Shown: positions 63,301 through 64,000 of the stretch, one piece after another
Numbering within the stretch: position 1 is the first letter of the stretch
Layout of the letters: each line of letters opens with the position of its first letter
Assembly (NCBI GenBank): GCA_964187785.1
Contig: OZ076409.1
Coordinates: 40,488,001 to 40,552,000 of the forward strand
Source: Amphiscolops sp. MND2022
Lineage: Eukaryota
Length of the DNA: 64,000 nucleotides
Direction: 5' to 3'
Notes under the pieces: generated by a model
Databases searched by the model: none
Told to the model about the DNA's origin: nothing
The model's input: the letters and a program-made list of their open reading frames with translations, nothing else
Translations under genes and position numbers: made by a program

Positions 63301-64000
63301 ACAACTTCACTATAGCTCACATTCCAGGTAAAAATACCACAGCGGCGGATTACCTGTCCCGCATGGAAGTGGACTCTAAGGAAAAATTAGTCCTGAAAAT
63401 ACGTGAGGAAGTGGAAACACAACCAATCGAAGTTAATGTCCAATCGGCGGGAGTGTCTGAATCAGAATCTTCTTTTCACTGGAGAAGACAATGAAACGGA
63501 AGAACAGATTTGGGAACGGAAAAAACTATCCCAAAAGGGATTCAAGGTCCCTGAGCCAATAATACACATTGACGCAATTACGGAAAATTCTGAGGAAGAA
63601 ATCACCAATTTCACTTAGAAATTACGACGAACAAACCAAATATTACTAGAGCAATCTAAAGATCAGACGCTACGACAATTGAAAGCAAAAATCCAACAGG
63701 AGGAATATTCAGAGGGAATTCTTCAACAAGATATTCGGTACAAACATTACCTCCAAAATTTGGACCGTCTAGTCCTGAAAGATGAAGTTACAACACGACA
63801 ATACTATGATGAAACTGGACAAGTTAAATATCACCAAATCCTACTGCCAAAACATTTACTGAAAGAGCTGCTGCAAGCAATTCACGGCACGACACATCGA
63901 CACCCAGGCATTTCAAAAATGCTACCGGAAATACGACAAAAATACTACTACCCAGGAATAGCAAAACATGTTAAGAAGTGGGTAGAAGGATGCGAGATTT
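60396..64000 (+). pseudogene. pol: Element E pol: protease, dUTPase-like spacer, RT, RNase H and start of integrase; runs off the window
   Basis: LIDTGAHSS; IHVNNFTDQPYKLKKGMPIG; SPIFAQKKPNGKLRLLVDLRKIN, KLDCSQAY, YVDD; MTDAS..HIPGKNTTAADYLSR; IHGTTHRHPG..YYYPG..EGC at the window end; stops and frameshifts. Confidence 0.95.

Overview
AT-rich eukaryotic (metazoan-like) DNA made up almost entirely of transposable elements. I found no prokaryotic features, CRISPR arrays, rRNA or tRNA genes, and no intact host gene. Five Ty3/Gypsy LTR elements dominate. (A) 9719-15552 and (C) 37212-43110 are decayed minus-strand elements with ~200-bp LTRs and 5-bp target-site duplications (TSDs). (B) 16559-32491 is a large minus-strand three-LTR element whose RT/RNase H is deleted; it carries unusual cargo: one or two TARG1/Poa1p-like macro domains after integrase and a ~3.7-kb extra ORF with an SGNH/GDSL-hydrolase-like domain. 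(D) 44949-50031 is a young, essentially non-coding relative of B. (E) is a plus-strand gag-pol element whose 5' part lies in a ~5.4-kb tandem duplication that breaks at the centre of a 77-bp palindrome and carries a templated-insertion scar. The B/D family also has a tRNA-Arg primer-binding site (PBS) set 16 nt from the LTR, apparent 3-bp TSDs and a conserved ~2.4-kb non-coding leader. MITEs, Helentron-type elements and minisatellites fill the gaps. All domain calls come from reading motifs by eye, not from database searches.
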